A stretch of DNA of 64,000 nt from Nitrospinales bacterium. GTDB lineage: Bacteria; Nitrospinota; Nitrospinia; Nitrospinales; VA-1. The notes beneath the pieces are model-generated. The model was given only the letters and a program-made list of their open reading frames with translations, was not told where the DNA came from and ran no database searches. This document shows positions 30,733 to 42,000 of this stretch, one piece after another (positions within the stretch are counted from its first letter, which is position 1; the number at the start of each line of letters is the position of its first letter). The translations under genes were made by a program, and so were the position numbers. The stretch is from NCBI GenBank assembly GCA_965223795.1, contig CBDCXL010000002.1, positions 2,368,001 to 2,432,000 on the forward strand. The letters are read 5' to 3'.

Positions 30733-30736
30733 ACTC

Positions 30737-30773
30737 AACCGGTCGGGCCTTGATAGGCCCGACCGGTTTTATT
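30737..30773 (+). terminator. Rho-independent terminator
   Basis: AACCGGTCGGGCCT-TGAT-AGGCCCGACCGGTT followed by TTATT. Confidence 0.85.
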
Positions 30774-31029
30774 CTGCTGTCCGAACTTTACCGGATAGGA
30801 CGGAATCTGTGCAATTACAGCCATTAATTCGTTTCTTTAGCATTTTGTGGCTGCTTGAACAGCACACCCTTACCCTAACATTCCGCCAATATTTAGACTT
30901 ACTTTCAAAGTTGAAAAATATTTCTTGCCAATTGCCATGAATCGGATTAACTTCAGGTATTCAAAACAGTGCCATTTCTCTCCCGCTCCCGTTTCAAGCA
31001 CTTCTGATGCAATAGAAGGAGACGATTGC

Positions 31030-32457
31030 ATGTCCAAAAAAATGCTTATCATCAAGCATGACACGGAATCGGGATCCGGGTTGGGCAAGCACTACCGCGA
31101 CCGGGGTTGGCTGGTGGAACGCGTGTCCAGCATCGCGGCTGCGAAAGAAACGATGGAGCAGAAGGACTGGGTCCCGCATGTCATCCTCGCCAATGTCGGC
31201 CTTTCCGACGGAAAGATCCTCGACCACCTGACGGAACTGCAAAAATACAGCAAATATTCTGAATGGATTTTCCTCGTCGAAGAGGCGGACCAGAAAGACC
31301 TGGACCGGGTCAGCGAACTGGCTTACGATTTTCTGCAGAAGCCTTTCAACGAGAAGCGTCTCGATACGCTTGTCGGGCGTGCCCACCGGGCGGCGCTGTG
31401 CAACCTGAAGCTGGAAAATTATTCCGCCGCCTCGCGCAAAAAATATCAGATCGACGCTTACATTGGTAAAAGCGAACCGGTGCAGGAATTGAAAAGCATG
31501 CTCCGGGACCTGACGAAGGTCGAAATCAGCGCCATGATCATCAACGGCGAGACCGGAACCGGGAAGGGGCTTGTGGCGCGCATTCTGCACCACGCCAGTG
31601 AACTGCGCAAGGACGGTCCGCTTGTGGAGATGAACTGCGCCGGGCTTCCCAGGGAATTGATGGAGTCGGAGATCTTCGGCCACGAAGCGGGAGCCTTCAC
31701 CGGGGCGAAGAGCCGGCACCGGGGCTACATGGAGCAGGCGGACGGCGGCACTCTGTTCATGGACGAAATTTCGGACATGCCGATGGACCTGCAGGCGAAA
31801 CTGCTCAAGGCCATCGAGGACAAAAGAATCCGCAGGCTCGGATCGGAGCGGGAAATCGCCCTCGACGTTCAGATCATCGCCGCTTCCGGCATCGATCTGA
31901 AGGAGGCGGTTAAACGCAAAGAGTTCCGCAGCGACCTGTATCACCGTCTGTCGATATTTTGCCTGAGCCTGCCGCCGCTGCGTTCCCGGAAAAGCGATCT
32001 GGTCGAACTGGTGCCGAACATCATCGCGGAGCTCAATCTCAAAGCCGGCAAGCATGTTAAAATCGTCCCCGATGAAGTCTGGAAGGAATTGATGGAATAC
32101 GACTGGCCTGGCAACATCCGCGAACTGCGCAATGTGATCGAGCGCTGCGTGCTCCTAGCCAAGGATGAAGTGTTTCCAACACACTGGCTGCAGCTTAAGG
32201 AATATTGCAGGCCCGTCGAAGAATCCTCTTCCTCCGACGGCGCTGAGGAAGACGGCTATTGCCATGTGGACGATAGAAGCCGCGTCACCATTCCACTGGA
32301 TGGCTCCATGTCGCTGGAGGAAATGGACAAGCACATCATCCACACCGCTCTGGAAAAAAACGATTTCAATGTTATGGAAACCGCGCGCAGCCTGGGCACC
32401 ACCCGCGAAACGCTGCGCTACCGCATGCAAAAGTACAACCTGAAAACCGCAAGCTAG
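31030..32457 (+). CDS. sigma54-dependent activator (NtrC family) with degenerate receiver domain
   Basis: GETGTGKG, ESEIFGHEAGAFTGA, LFMDEI, FRSDLYHRL, WPGNIREL, Fis HTH. Phospho-Asp position reads Asn (VILANVG). Confidence 0.93.
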   Translation: MSKKMLIIKHDTESGSGLGKHYRDRGWLVERVSSIAAAKETMEQKDWVPHVILANVGLSDGKILDHLTELQKYSKYSEWIFLVEEADQKDLDRVSELAYDFLQKPFNEKRLDTLVGRAHRAALCNLKLENYSAASRKKYQIDAYIGKSEPVQELKSMLRDLTKVEISAMIINGETGTGKGLVARILHHASELRKDGPLVEMNCAGLPRELMESEIFGHEAGAFTGAKSRHRGYMEQADGGTLFMDEISDMPMDLQAKLLKAIEDKRIRRLGSEREIALDVQIIAASGIDLKEAVKRKEFRSDLYHRLSIFCLSLPPLRSRKSDLVELVPNIIAELNLKAGKHVKIVPDEVWKELMEYDWPGNIRELRNVIERCVLLAKDEVFPTHWLQLKEYCRPVEESSSSDGAEEDGYCHVDDRSRVTIPLDGSMSLEEMDKHIIHTALEKNDFNVMETARSLGTTRETLRYRMQKYNLKTAS

Positions 32458-32617
32458 TTCTTTCCCTTTTTCACCCTTCAGTTCCTCCCTAATAGCAAGC
32501 CAGTGTTGGGCCCCACATTGGGGGATATGCCCCTTATCGGTGGATATCCACCTCCAAACGGACTGTCTGAAGTTTGATTATTTCACTGAGCCATTGAAAT
32601 CTTATGCACTTCCGGCT

Positions 32618-32633
32618 TGGCACCGATTCTGCA
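32618..32633 (+). promoter_or_regulatory. sigma54 promoter for coiled-coil/ferritin/DUF1328 genes
   Basis: TGGCAC-CGATT-CTGCA. Confidence 0.75.
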
Positions 32634-32666
32634 AATATGTTTCAAACGGTAAGGGGGTGAGCGGCT

Positions 32667-32951
32667 GTGAAGGATCGCAATGCGCTTATCAAAAAAATGG
32701 ACACCAGGCTTGCATCCATCGATGCCGAGATCGAAAAAATAGACCGGTATTATGAGGATGAAGATGTTCCCAAGCCGGTGAGAAAAAAAATTCAGCAGTT
32801 GGTCGACGCACGCAAAGACATCGCCGACCTGGTACAGCAACTGAAATGGGTAGCGGAAAATTCCTGGGATGAGCTGGAGGTTGGAGTGAACCGCAAATTC
32901 GATGAATTGACCCAATCGATCGAAAGTCTGTCAAAGCAGCTGTCCCGTTGA
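32667..32951 (+). CDS. Small coiled-coil stress-associated protein
   Basis: Helical heptads, SWDELEVGV; lies downstream of a sigma54 promoter. Confidence 0.65.
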   Translation: MKDRNALIKKMDTRLASIDAEIEKIDRYYEDEDVPKPVRKKIQQLVDARKDIADLVQQLKWVAENSWDELEVGVNRKFDELTQSIESLSKQLSR

Positions 32952-33012
32952 CGATCACGGTCTGCCCATCCCGGAAAATCAAATCATTTCATTTTAGATA
33001 TTGAGGAGTTCC

Positions 33013-33435
33013 ATGGCCATCACGAAAGAAAAGCTGATCGAAGAGTTGAACAAGGATCTGGAATGGGAATACGCCGCGGCGATTCAGTACACCCAGCACG
33101 CATCCATGGTGAAAGGCGCCGGGTACCAGTCGATTCAGAAGGAGTTGCTGGTCCATTCCAATGAAGAAATGCAGCATGCCGCGAAAATTTCCGAGCAGAT
33201 CGAATTTTTAGGCGGCGTGCCCACCATCAAGATAGAAGAACGGAATATCGCCAAGGACAGCCTCGCCATGCTCAAGCAGGATCTGGAAGGAGAAGAAATC
33301 GCGATCAATCGCTATAGAGAAAGAATTGCCCAGGCGGAAGAATTGGGGGAATACGGTCTGCGGCGGATTCTGGAAGACATTCTGGTCCAGGAGGAGGAAC
33401 ACAAACGGGATTTGACGGATGTGATCGAAGAATAA
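33013..33435 (+). CDS. Bacterioferritin-like (ferritin superfamily) protein
   Basis: Ferroxidase residues [37 protein letters not shown]. Confidence 0.88.
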   Translation: MAITKEKLIEELNKDLEWEYAAAIQYTQHASMVKGAGYQSIQKELLVHSNEEMQHAAKISEQIEFLGGVPTIKIEERNIAKDSLAMLKQDLEGEEIAINRYRERIAQAEELGEYGLRRILEDILVQEEEHKRDLTDVIEE

Positions 33436-33499
33436 ACCGTTTGCCAACAAACCATCAACCGGAACTGCATCCGTTTCCATTCACAGAAAGGCAACCATC

Positions 33500-33664
33500 A
33501 TGATTTCATGGGCCGTTACATTTCTCGTCATCGCAATCATCGCCGGTGTTCTGGGGTTGTCCGGCATTGCCGGCACCGCCACGCAGATCGCCTGGATTCT
33601 GTTCGTCGTGGGTCTGATTCTGGCATTGGTATTCGGACTGCTGGGAAGACGCCCTCCGGTATAG
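33500..33664 (+). CDS. Second DUF1328 small membrane protein, not in ORF track
   Basis: Manual translation [39 protein letters not shown]...GRRPPV (54 aa). Confidence 0.9.
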   Translation: MISWAVTFLVIAIIAGVLGLSGIAGTATQIAWILFVVGLILALVFGLLGRRPPV

Positions 33665-33909
33665 TTTCCGCGTATAGGTCGTGCTCAATCCGCCGTCCCT
33701 TGTCCCTGCGGATGCTCCTTTATGATTTGTTTCGCATGGAAAGGGCGGGGTCTGAGTATGAAATCCGGGAGGGCAACCTCGGGTCCGCATCGAAGTTTCC
33801 TCACCTCGGGACCCAAAAATCCATCCAGACTGCAAATCGATGCGGGTCTCGTGTTTTTGCACACGCCAGTGTGAAACACATATGACGAGATCAACATCAA
33901 TGCGGCGTT

Positions 33910-34545
33910 TTATCTTTTCATCAGGGATGTCTTTAAATCTTCCGACACAGGATCGGCGCCGATCCATTGCCCCAGCAACGCTTCGAACAATGCCGGACCG
34001 GGATCGGAAAATTTTTTTTCGCCGTTGAGATAAAATTCCGTTGCCTGTTCGGGGAGGTAGGTGAAGAACAGCACATCTCCCTTGTCCAGTTTGAAGAACT
34101 GTTTTTTAAACCGGCTGTACAGTTTGTCGGACACTTCGGGGCGGATGGCGTTCTCCCAGGGATCGGGCACTTCTCCGGGCATTTCGGAAGTCAGCACTTC
34201 GATGCGGATGCCCATCGGACGGTCGAGGTTTTGAATTGAGCCCACTTCACCTTCCTGCCCGGAATCCAGATACAACGCACATTGATACACGTCAAAAAAA
34301 GCATAATTGCGGACGCCATAAGAAAACAGCGACCAGTCCCGTCCTTCGATGCGGACCGTTTCCGGCGGATTTTCCTGAGCCGATAACGCGCCTGCCGAAA
34401 GAACAGGCAGTCCGAACAGGACAAAGGCCAATACAGGGCCGGATGAAAGGCATCCGCGAATGAAAAAGTGGAATTTCATGCGCTCAAACTGAAAGCCATT
34501 TCGCTGCATTTTAGAACTTGCGGGATAGTCCTTCCTTTTTACCAC
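33910..34545 (-). CDS. Chalcone-isomerase-like fold secreted protein (start uncertain)
   Basis: YGVRNYAFFDVYQCALYL, KGD, LFEALLGQWIGADPVSEDLK. Confidence 0.7.
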   Translation of the reverse strand: MVKRKDYPASSKMQRNGFQFERMKFHFFIRGCLSSGPVLAFVLFGLPVLSAGALSAQENPPETVRIEGRDWSLFSYGVRNYAFFDVYQCALYLDSGQEGEVGSIQNLDRPMGIRIEVLTSEMPGEVPDPWENAIRPEVSDKLYSRFKKQFFKLDKGDVLFFTYLPEQATEFYLNGEKKFSDPGPALFEALLGQWIGADPVSEDLKTSLMKR

Positions 34546-34685
34546 AATCCCAGGGAATCAAATTAAATTTGTGCCGGGAAACCGGGAATTCGTTGCCTCA
34601 AAGAGGATGATTCGCGTTATCATCCTACGAATGACAACTGGATCCCCGAGAGTTTTTAACAAATGTATTTCCCGCTGTTCCGGCA

Positions 34686-35756
34686 ATGAGCATCACTAAA
34701 CTTGTCCTGATCGTTTTTTCCCTGCTGCCCATTTTCGCCAGCGTGATTCCACTTTCCGGAAACACACACTGGTCCGTGCGTGCCTTCGACTTCCCCCGCC
34801 TCCAGTTCGCGTTTCTGGGCCTGTTCGTGCTCGTGGTTTATGCGCTGTTTTATATCGACAGCACATGGGATTTCGCAATTGTGGCCGCGATGCTGCTGGC
34901 CATTGCACGGCAGATGTATCTGATCTTTCCCTACACCCCGCTTGCCGCAAAAGAGGTGCTGGACACACAAAAACCGCACCCGGACAACACCCTGGGTCTC
35001 GTCGTGGCGAACGTGCTGAAACCCAACCGCAACGTGCAGGGACTGCTGCAAAGCATCCGCAAAATCGACCCCGACATCATCCTGACGCTGGAAACGGACG
35101 AGTGGTGGGAAACTCAATTGCAGGTTCTTGAAAAAGACTACCCGCATACCTTGAAATGCCCGCAGGAGAATCTCTACGGCATGCTTCTCTATTCCCGTTT
35201 TGAGATTGAAGATCCGCAAATCCGTTTTCTGGTTGAAGACGATGTGCCCTCCATGCATTGTATTGTGCGTCTGCGCTCGGGACATCCCATCGATCTGCGT
35301 TGCCTGCATCCGGCACCTCCCAGTCCCACGGAAAACACGGAGTCCAGGGAACGGGATGCGGAACTGCTTCTCGTGGGCAAAGCGGTTGCCGCCCATAAAG
35401 GTTCCGTGATCGTGACCGGAGACCTGAACGACGTTGCCTGGTCCAGGACCACCACCCTGTTTAAAAAAATCAGCGGGCTGCTGGACCCGCGCATCGGCAG
35501 GGGCATGTACAGCACCTACAACGCCAAATACCGGTTCATGCGCTGGCCGTTGGACCATCTTTTTCACAGCAACGATTTCACGCTCATGTCGATCGGCACA
35601 CTGCCGTATTTTGGTTCCGATCATTTTCCCATCCACGTGACCCTGCATCACGAGCCCGCTAAAAAAACCGAACAGCCTGCACCCGAATCGGATGAAAAGG
35701 ACGAACAACTTGCGCAGGAAAAAATCGAACAGGGAAACGGCGAGCAGCTGCTCTAA
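34686..35756 (+). CDS. Membrane-anchored endonuclease/exonuclease/phosphatase family protein
   Basis: 3 N-terminal TM helices; ANV, LETD, GDLND, LDH, GSDHFP. Confidence 0.88.
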   Translation: MSITKLVLIVFSLLPIFASVIPLSGNTHWSVRAFDFPRLQFAFLGLFVLVVYALFYIDSTWDFAIVAAMLLAIARQMYLIFPYTPLAAKEVLDTQKPHPDNTLGLVVANVLKPNRNVQGLLQSIRKIDPDIILTLETDEWWETQLQVLEKDYPHTLKCPQENLYGMLLYSRFEIEDPQIRFLVEDDVPSMHCIVRLRSGHPIDLRCLHPAPPSPTENTESRERDAELLLVGKAVAAHKGSVIVTGDLNDVAWSRTTTLFKKISGLLDPRIGRGMYSTYNAKYRFMRWPLDHLFHSNDFTLMSIGTLPYFGSDHFPIHVTLHHEPAKKTEQPAPESDEKDEQLAQEKIEQGNGEQLL

Positions 35757-35898
35757 ATATCCGGCCTCACTCCATCGATGAGTGAAAAAAAAGGGATATT
35801 CCAGCGGCATAAAATCGATGCGATTCAGAACTTTTAAACCTGAACATCATCCTAATTTGTAACTTGAAAAATTTATGAGCTAAACCGGGAGAATAAAG

Positions 35899-37410
35899 GT
35901 GGGAAACTCAACGGGAACGGTGGATGCGCTCAACCCCATACGCCCGCAATTCAACTTCGACAACAGCTTCGCCCGCACCTTTGAAGGCTTTTATGTGCCC
36001 TGCCAGGCAGACCCGGCGGCCGCCCCGAAACTGCTGCTGCTCAACCATGCCCTGGCCGAAGAGCTTGGCCTCGATCCGGCGGCGCTCGATTCAGAAGCAG
36101 GGCTGGCGATCTTCTCCGGCAATGCGACGCCTGATGGGGCGGAACCCCTGGCCCAGGCTTATGCCGGACACCAGTTTGGCGGGTTCGCGCCGCAACTGGG
36201 GGATGGACGCGCGCTTCTCCTCGGCGAGGTGATCGACACCAAAAATCGACGCCGCGATATCCAGCTCAAAGGATCCGGTCCGACCCCGTTCTCCCGCGGT
36301 GGAGACGGCAAGTCGTCACTTGGCCCGGTGCTGCGCGAATACCTGATCGGAGAGAGCATGCACGCGCTCGGCATCCCGACGACACGCGCCCTGGCGGCCG
36401 TCACCACCGGCGAGGAAGTTTATCGGGAAACCGCTCTGCCCGGTGCGGTGCTCACCCGTGTGGCGGCCAGCCACATCCGCATCGGCACCTTCCAGTTTTT
36501 CGCGACGCATGGCGGCGCCGACAAGGTTCGCGAACTCGCCGATTATTGCATTGCACGGCATTACCCCGCTGCCGCCGAAGCGGAAAATCCTTATCTGGCA
36601 TTCTTCGCGGCCGTGTCCGATGCGCAGGCGGCCATGGTGGCGGGCTGGATGAATGCCGGTTTCATCCACGGGGTGATGAACACCGACAATATGGCGATCT
36701 CCGGGGAGACGATGGATTACGGGCCCTGCGCCTTCATGGATGCGTATGATCCGGGCACGGTGTTCAGCTCGATCGACCGCCACGGCCGCTACGCCTATGG
36801 AAACCAGCCGGAAATCCTGCCCTGGAACCTCACCCGGTTGGCGGAAACGCTGGTCCCGCTTGTCGATCCGGACCAGGACCGGGCCATCCAGTTGCTGACA
36901 GATTCGATCCACAGGATCAAACCTCTCTATGAGGGACACTGGCTGGCCGGAATGCGCTGCAAGATCGGATTGTCGACGGAAGATCCTCACGATGGCGATC
37001 TGATCGACGATCTTTTGTGGGTGATGAAAGATGGACAAGCGGATTTCACCCTTTTCTTCCGCCGGCTCTCTCAAGTCTTGCGCGGCGGCAGCGACGCGAT
37101 GGAAAACGTGCTTGAACAGACGGGCGCTTTCGACGTCTGGGCGCGGCGCTGGAAAAAGCGCCTCGAGCAGGAAGGCGTTTCTGTGGAGACCTGCGCGCAG
37201 GCAATGGACCGGGTCAACCCGATCTACATCCCCCGCAACCATAAGGTCGAAGAGGCCCTTGCCGCCGCGGTCGATCGGCAGGACATGACACCCTTCACGG
37301 AACTGCTCTCCGTTTTAAGCCACCCCTTCGACGAGGTCGCCGGAAACGAAGCCTATGCCGAGGCGGCACCGGCAACGGACGTGCCCTACAGGACGTTCTG
37401 CGGAACCTGA
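35899..37410 (+). CDS. selO: Protein adenylyltransferase SelO (YdiU)
   Basis: YAGHQFG, QLGDGRA, QLKGSG.TPFSR.GDG, HGVMNTDN, DYGP, NP.YIPRNH, TFCGT. Confidence 0.95.
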   Translation: MGNSTGTVDALNPIRPQFNFDNSFARTFEGFYVPCQADPAAAPKLLLLNHALAEELGLDPAALDSEAGLAIFSGNATPDGAEPLAQAYAGHQFGGFAPQLGDGRALLLGEVIDTKNRRRDIQLKGSGPTPFSRGGDGKSSLGPVLREYLIGESMHALGIPTTRALAAVTTGEEVYRETALPGAVLTRVAASHIRIGTFQFFATHGGADKVRELADYCIARHYPAAAEAENPYLAFFAAVSDAQAAMVAGWMNAGFIHGVMNTDNMAISGETMDYGPCAFMDAYDPGTVFSSIDRHGRYAYGNQPEILPWNLTRLAETLVPLVDPDQDRAIQLLTDSIHRIKPLYEGHWLAGMRCKIGLSTEDPHDGDLIDDLLWVMKDGQADFTLFFRRLSQVLRGGSDAMENVLEQTGAFDVWARRWKKRLEQEGVSVETCAQAMDRVNPIYIPRNHKVEEALAAAVDRQDMTPFTELLSVLSHPFDEVAGNEAYAEAAPATDVPYRTFCGT

Positions 37411-37433
37411 CTGCCGATCCGAATGTGTTTCAA

Positions 37434-37482
37434 TTTTCACCGATTGTTCACAACATCGTCATAAAACCTTCATAATATAAAT
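37434..37482 (+). promoter_or_regulatory. Four direct repeats at 11-bp pitch (PhoB/OmpR-type box)
   Basis: TTCAC (37436), TTCAC (37447), GTCAT (37458), TTCAT (37469), followed by an AT-rich -10-like tract. Confidence 0.55.
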
Positions 37483-37809
37483 GTAAGCTCATGGAGATCG
37501 CCGCCGGCGGCAATCCGGGCGGCGGAGTTCCCAGGCCGCCCTTTGACCGTAAACGGACCGGCCGCCGATGCGGGGTCTAACCGACGCAAAATCAATCTTT
37601 CGCCGCGGGCCTGCTGTCCGGCGGCGGGGCCGGATCGGAGAATGAACGATTCGGCCGCTAAAAATGGTACAATTCCCTAAACTGATTAAATGCCTGAATT
37701 GTTTGGTGCTGTATTCAGGATAACGGCCGGATCCTGAGAAACCGCGGCACACGGCAATCCTGCGATCCAGGCACATCGCAGCATCGGTACCGAACCTCGG
37801 TGTTCACCC

Positions 37810-39030
37810 ATGAGCCGGAAATCCCGCATCCTCAGAACAATCCTCGCGCTGCTTCTGCTGCTGGGCGTTTCCACCGTTCTCGGTCTGCTCATTTCAGAGC
37901 GTTTCGAAAAAGACAACGCCACCGCCGGCAATCCGGAAAAGGGAATCCAGAAAATCTCGGTGGAGGTGGCGCCCGTGATGCACGGACCGCTGGCCTTGAA
38001 GCGGACGTTCAGCGGCACGCTGGAATCTCCGGCGCAGTTCGTGGTGGCGCCGAAAGTGAACGGCCGCGTCGAACGGATCACGGTGCAGCTCTCCGACACG
38101 GTGAAGCGCGGGCAGGTGGTGGCGCAACTGGACGGTGAGGAGTTCGCCCAGGCGGTGCACATGGCCCAGGCCGATCTGGAAGTGGCGAAGGCCAATCTCG
38201 CCGAGGCGAAAAGCGCCTTCGACATCGCCAATCGGGAAATCGGGCGGATCGCCAAACTGCGCGGTTCCGGGATCATGTCCGAATCCCAGTACGACGCCGC
38301 CAAAGCCAAGCAGCTTGCCAAGAAAGCGGAACTCGATGTCGCGGTCGCAAGGTTGAGCCGCGCGCAGTCGGCGGTCAACACCGCGAAGATCCGGCTGGGC
38401 TACACGAAGGTGACGGCAAGCTGGAGCGGCGGCAGCGACCGCCGCACGGTCGCCGAACGCTACATCGATGAGGGCGAAACCGTTTCCGCCAACACCGCCA
38501 TTTTGAACATCGTCGAGCTGGACCCGATCCGAGCGGTGATTTTCGTGACGGAGCAGGACTACGCGCTGCTGAGCCGGGGGCAGGCGGCCACGGTCACCAC
38601 CGACGCTTATCCCGGCAAGACGTTCCAGGGCCGCATCGAGCGCATCGCGCCCCTGTTCAAACAGGAAACCCGGCAGGCCCGGGTCGAGTTGACCATCGCC
38701 AACAAATCCCTCAGGCTCAAACCGGGCATGTTCGTGCGGGTCGCCGTCGTTTTACAAAAAATCCCCCACACCGCGCACATTCCCGAGCAGGCCGTTCACG
38801 TCCGCAATGACAAAAAAGGCGTGTTTCTCGTCACGCCGGACGGCAGGTCGGTCACCTGGCGGGAAGTGAAGGTGGGAATCCGCAATGCAGGTCGCGTGCA
38901 GATCGAAGGTGACGGTATCGCGGGCCGGGTGGTCATTCTGGGGCAGCGCCTGCTGGATGAGGGATCGCCGATCAAGATCGTGGAAAGCCAGACGGGCCTG
39001 GTGTCCCTCGCACCCGCCGAATCCCCATGA
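37810..39030 (+). CDS. RND efflux membrane fusion protein
   Basis: N-terminal TM, lipoyl half-motifs, coiled hairpin, LKPGMF. Confidence 0.93.
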   Translation: MSRKSRILRTILALLLLLGVSTVLGLLISERFEKDNATAGNPEKGIQKISVEVAPVMHGPLALKRTFSGTLESPAQFVVAPKVNGRVERITVQLSDTVKRGQVVAQLDGEEFAQAVHMAQADLEVAKANLAEAKSAFDIANREIGRIAKLRGSGIMSESQYDAAKAKQLAKKAELDVAVARLSRAQSAVNTAKIRLGYTKVTASWSGGSDRRTVAERYIDEGETVSANTAILNIVELDPIRAVIFVTEQDYALLSRGQAATVTTDAYPGKTFQGRIERIAPLFKQETRQARVELTIANKSLRLKPGMFVRVAVVLQKIPHTAHIPEQAVHVRNDKKGVFLVTPDGRSVTWREVKVGIRNAGRVQIEGDGIAGRVVILGQRLLDEGSPIKIVESQTGLVSLAPAESP

Positions 39031-42000
39031 CCGTGACCGAAGCCAGCATCCGGCGGCCGGTGTTCACCGTGATGGTGACGCTCATGGTGCTGGTGCTGGG
39101 GCTGGTTTCGCTGGAGCAGCTCAAGATCGATCTTCTGCCGCGCATCGAACTTCCCACCGTTTCCATTCATACGGATTACGAAGGCGCCAGCCCCGAGGTG
39201 GTGGAGCGTCTGGTCACGCAGATCGTGGAAGAGATCGTGGCCACCGTACCGGGCGTCGAAGAAATCACCTCCGAATCCACCGAAGGGGAAAGCACGGTCC
39301 GCGCCAAATTCGTCTGGGGGACCGACATCGACACCGCCGCGGTCGACGTGCAGTCCATATTGCAGAACGAGATCACCGAACTGCCCGAGGACATCGTCCG
39401 GCCCCATATCCGCAAATACGACGTTGACAGTTTCCCGGTGGTGATCCTGGGCGTGTCGAGCCAGCTCGATCCCGTGGAACTGACGCAGATTCTGGAAGAC
39501 CAGATCCGCTACCGCTTCGCCCGCATCCCCGGCGTGGCGCAGGTCGATCCCTGGGGCGAATACCAGCGCGAGATCCGCATCGAACTCGACCCCTACCGCC
39601 TCAACGCGCTGGGCCTGCCTTTGGACAAGGTTCTCGATGCCATCCGCGATTCCAATCTGGATCTGCCCGCGGGCCGTATTGAAGAGGGCAAGTTCGAGGT
39701 GAGCGTCCGCGTGCCCGCCGAATTCACGAACCTCGACCAGATACGCAACACCGTGATCGAGCGGGGCAAGGACAGCGCCGTCACCATCCGCCAGATCGCC
39801 AAGGTCAAAGACACCTACGAGAAAAAGACCCGCATCATTCGCGTCAACGGCGACCGCGGCCTGCGCGTGGCGGTGCGCAAGCAGTCCGAAGCCAACACGG
39901 TGGAAGTCTCGAAAAATATCCTTAAGGAGATGGATGCGTTCAAGAAGGAGTTCCCCCAGGTCGAGATGATTCCGGTCAAAAACCAGGGCAACTTCATCGA
40001 ACGCTCGATCTCCAACGTGGCGCAGTCGGTGCTCTATGGAGGCGGGCTGGCGGTGCTGGTGCTGTTTTTGTTTCTGCGCGATCTGCGCAGCACCGTGGTC
40101 ATCTCGCTGGCCATTCCCATTTCGGTGGTCGCCACGTTCGCGCTGCTGTATTTCTCCGGCTTCACCCTCAACCTGATGACCCTGGGCGGGCTGGCGCTGG
40201 GGGTGGGCATGATGGTGGACAGCTCCGTCGTCGTGGTGGAGAACATCTTCCGCCATTATCAGGAGGACCGCGAATCGCCGCACACGGCCGCGGTCAAAGG
40301 GACCAAAGAAGTGGCGTCGGCCATCATCGCCAGCACCATCACGACGATGGTGATCTTTCTGCCGCTGATCTATGTGCAGGGTGTTTCCGGGGTGCTGTTC
40401 AAGGAACTGGCCTACGTTGTGATGTTCTCGCTGTTCTGTTCGCTGCTGGTCTCCCTGACGCTGGCGCCCATGCTGGCTTCCCGGCTCGCCCAGAAGCAAA
40501 CGCAACGCACCGGGAATGCTGTGATGGAGGCGGGTGACCCGCACGCCCGCAACCGCGGTGGCCTGTTCCGCGAATTCGAATACGGCTACCGCGACCTGCT
40601 GCGCTGGGTGCTGCGCCACCGTTTTCTTACCGTCACCGTTTCGGTGGCCCTGTTCATCGGAAGCCTGATGCTGATACCGCACATCGGCACGGAATTTCTG
40701 CCTCCCAGCGACGAAGGCGAGGTGCGGGTGATCGGGGAAATGGAAGTGGGGACGCGCCTCGACCGGGTGGACCGGCAGACGCGCATTCTGGAAGACATCG
40801 TGTTCGCGTCGGTGCCTGAAAAAGTATCCTCGATCACCAGTGCGGTGACCGCCAGCCGCAGAGCCGGCGGCGCGTCCCAGGGCGAGATCCGCTTGCGGCT
40901 CACGCCTTCCGCAGAACGGGAGCGCTCCAACAAACGGATCGCCGAGGAGCTGCGCCCCGTCGTGGAAAACAGCGTCCCCGGCATGAAGATCAAGACGCGC
41001 GCGCCGCAGGGCCAGTTCCTGCTGGAACGGCTGCTCGCCAGCGAGGAGGGCGTGATCGTGGAAATCCGCGGGTTCGACCTGGACACGCTGGACCTGCTGT
41101 CCGAACGCGTGGCCGCGGCCATTGCCGACGTGCCGGGCATCACCGACGTGGACATCAGCCGTCAGGCGGGAATCCCGCAGCAGAACATCAGCGTGGACCG
41201 GGCCAAGGTCTCCGACCTGGGGCTGAGTGTGCGCGACGTCACCGAAATCATCGAAACGGCGTTGACCGGCACGGATGTCGGCGAATACCGGCTGGAAGGC
41301 AACTCCCACCGCATCCTCGTGCAACTGGAAAACGCGGAGAAACGCACGCTGGGCGAGATCCTCGACCTGAAACTGGCGACCCCTTCCGGAGAGCTGGTGT
41401 CGCTGCGCAACGTGGTGGACACCTCCACCGACCGCGGGCCGGTTCTCATCGAACGCAAGGACCAGCAGCGTCAGGTGAGCATCGAGGCCAACGTGTCGGG
41501 GCGCGATCTCGGTTCGGTGGCGCGGGACGTGCAGGAACGGCTCGACCGGCTGCCGAGGCCGAACGGCTACGATCTGCGCGTCGCCGGAAACTTCGAGGAG
41601 CAGCAGAAGGCGTTCCGCCAGTTGATGGTGGCGCTGGTGCTGGCGCTGCTTCTGGTTTACATGGTGCTCGCCTCGCAGTACGAATCGCTGCGCGATCCGC
41701 TGGTGGTGATGGTCTCGGTGCCGCTGGCGGCGATCGGCGTGCTGCTCATGCTGTTTCTGACGTGGACGACCCTCAACCTGCAATCCTACATCGGCTGCAT
41801 CATGCTGGGCGGCATCGTCATCAACAACGCCATCCTGCTGGTGGACCAGGCCGGGCAGCTGCGCAGGAAAGACATGAACGTTCACGAGGCGCTGGCCGAA
41901 GCGGGACGCCGGCGGCTGCGGCCGATTCTGATGACCACGCTGACGACGATTCTGGCGCTGATGCCGCTGGCGTTCGGCGTCGGCGAAGGCGCCGACGCGC

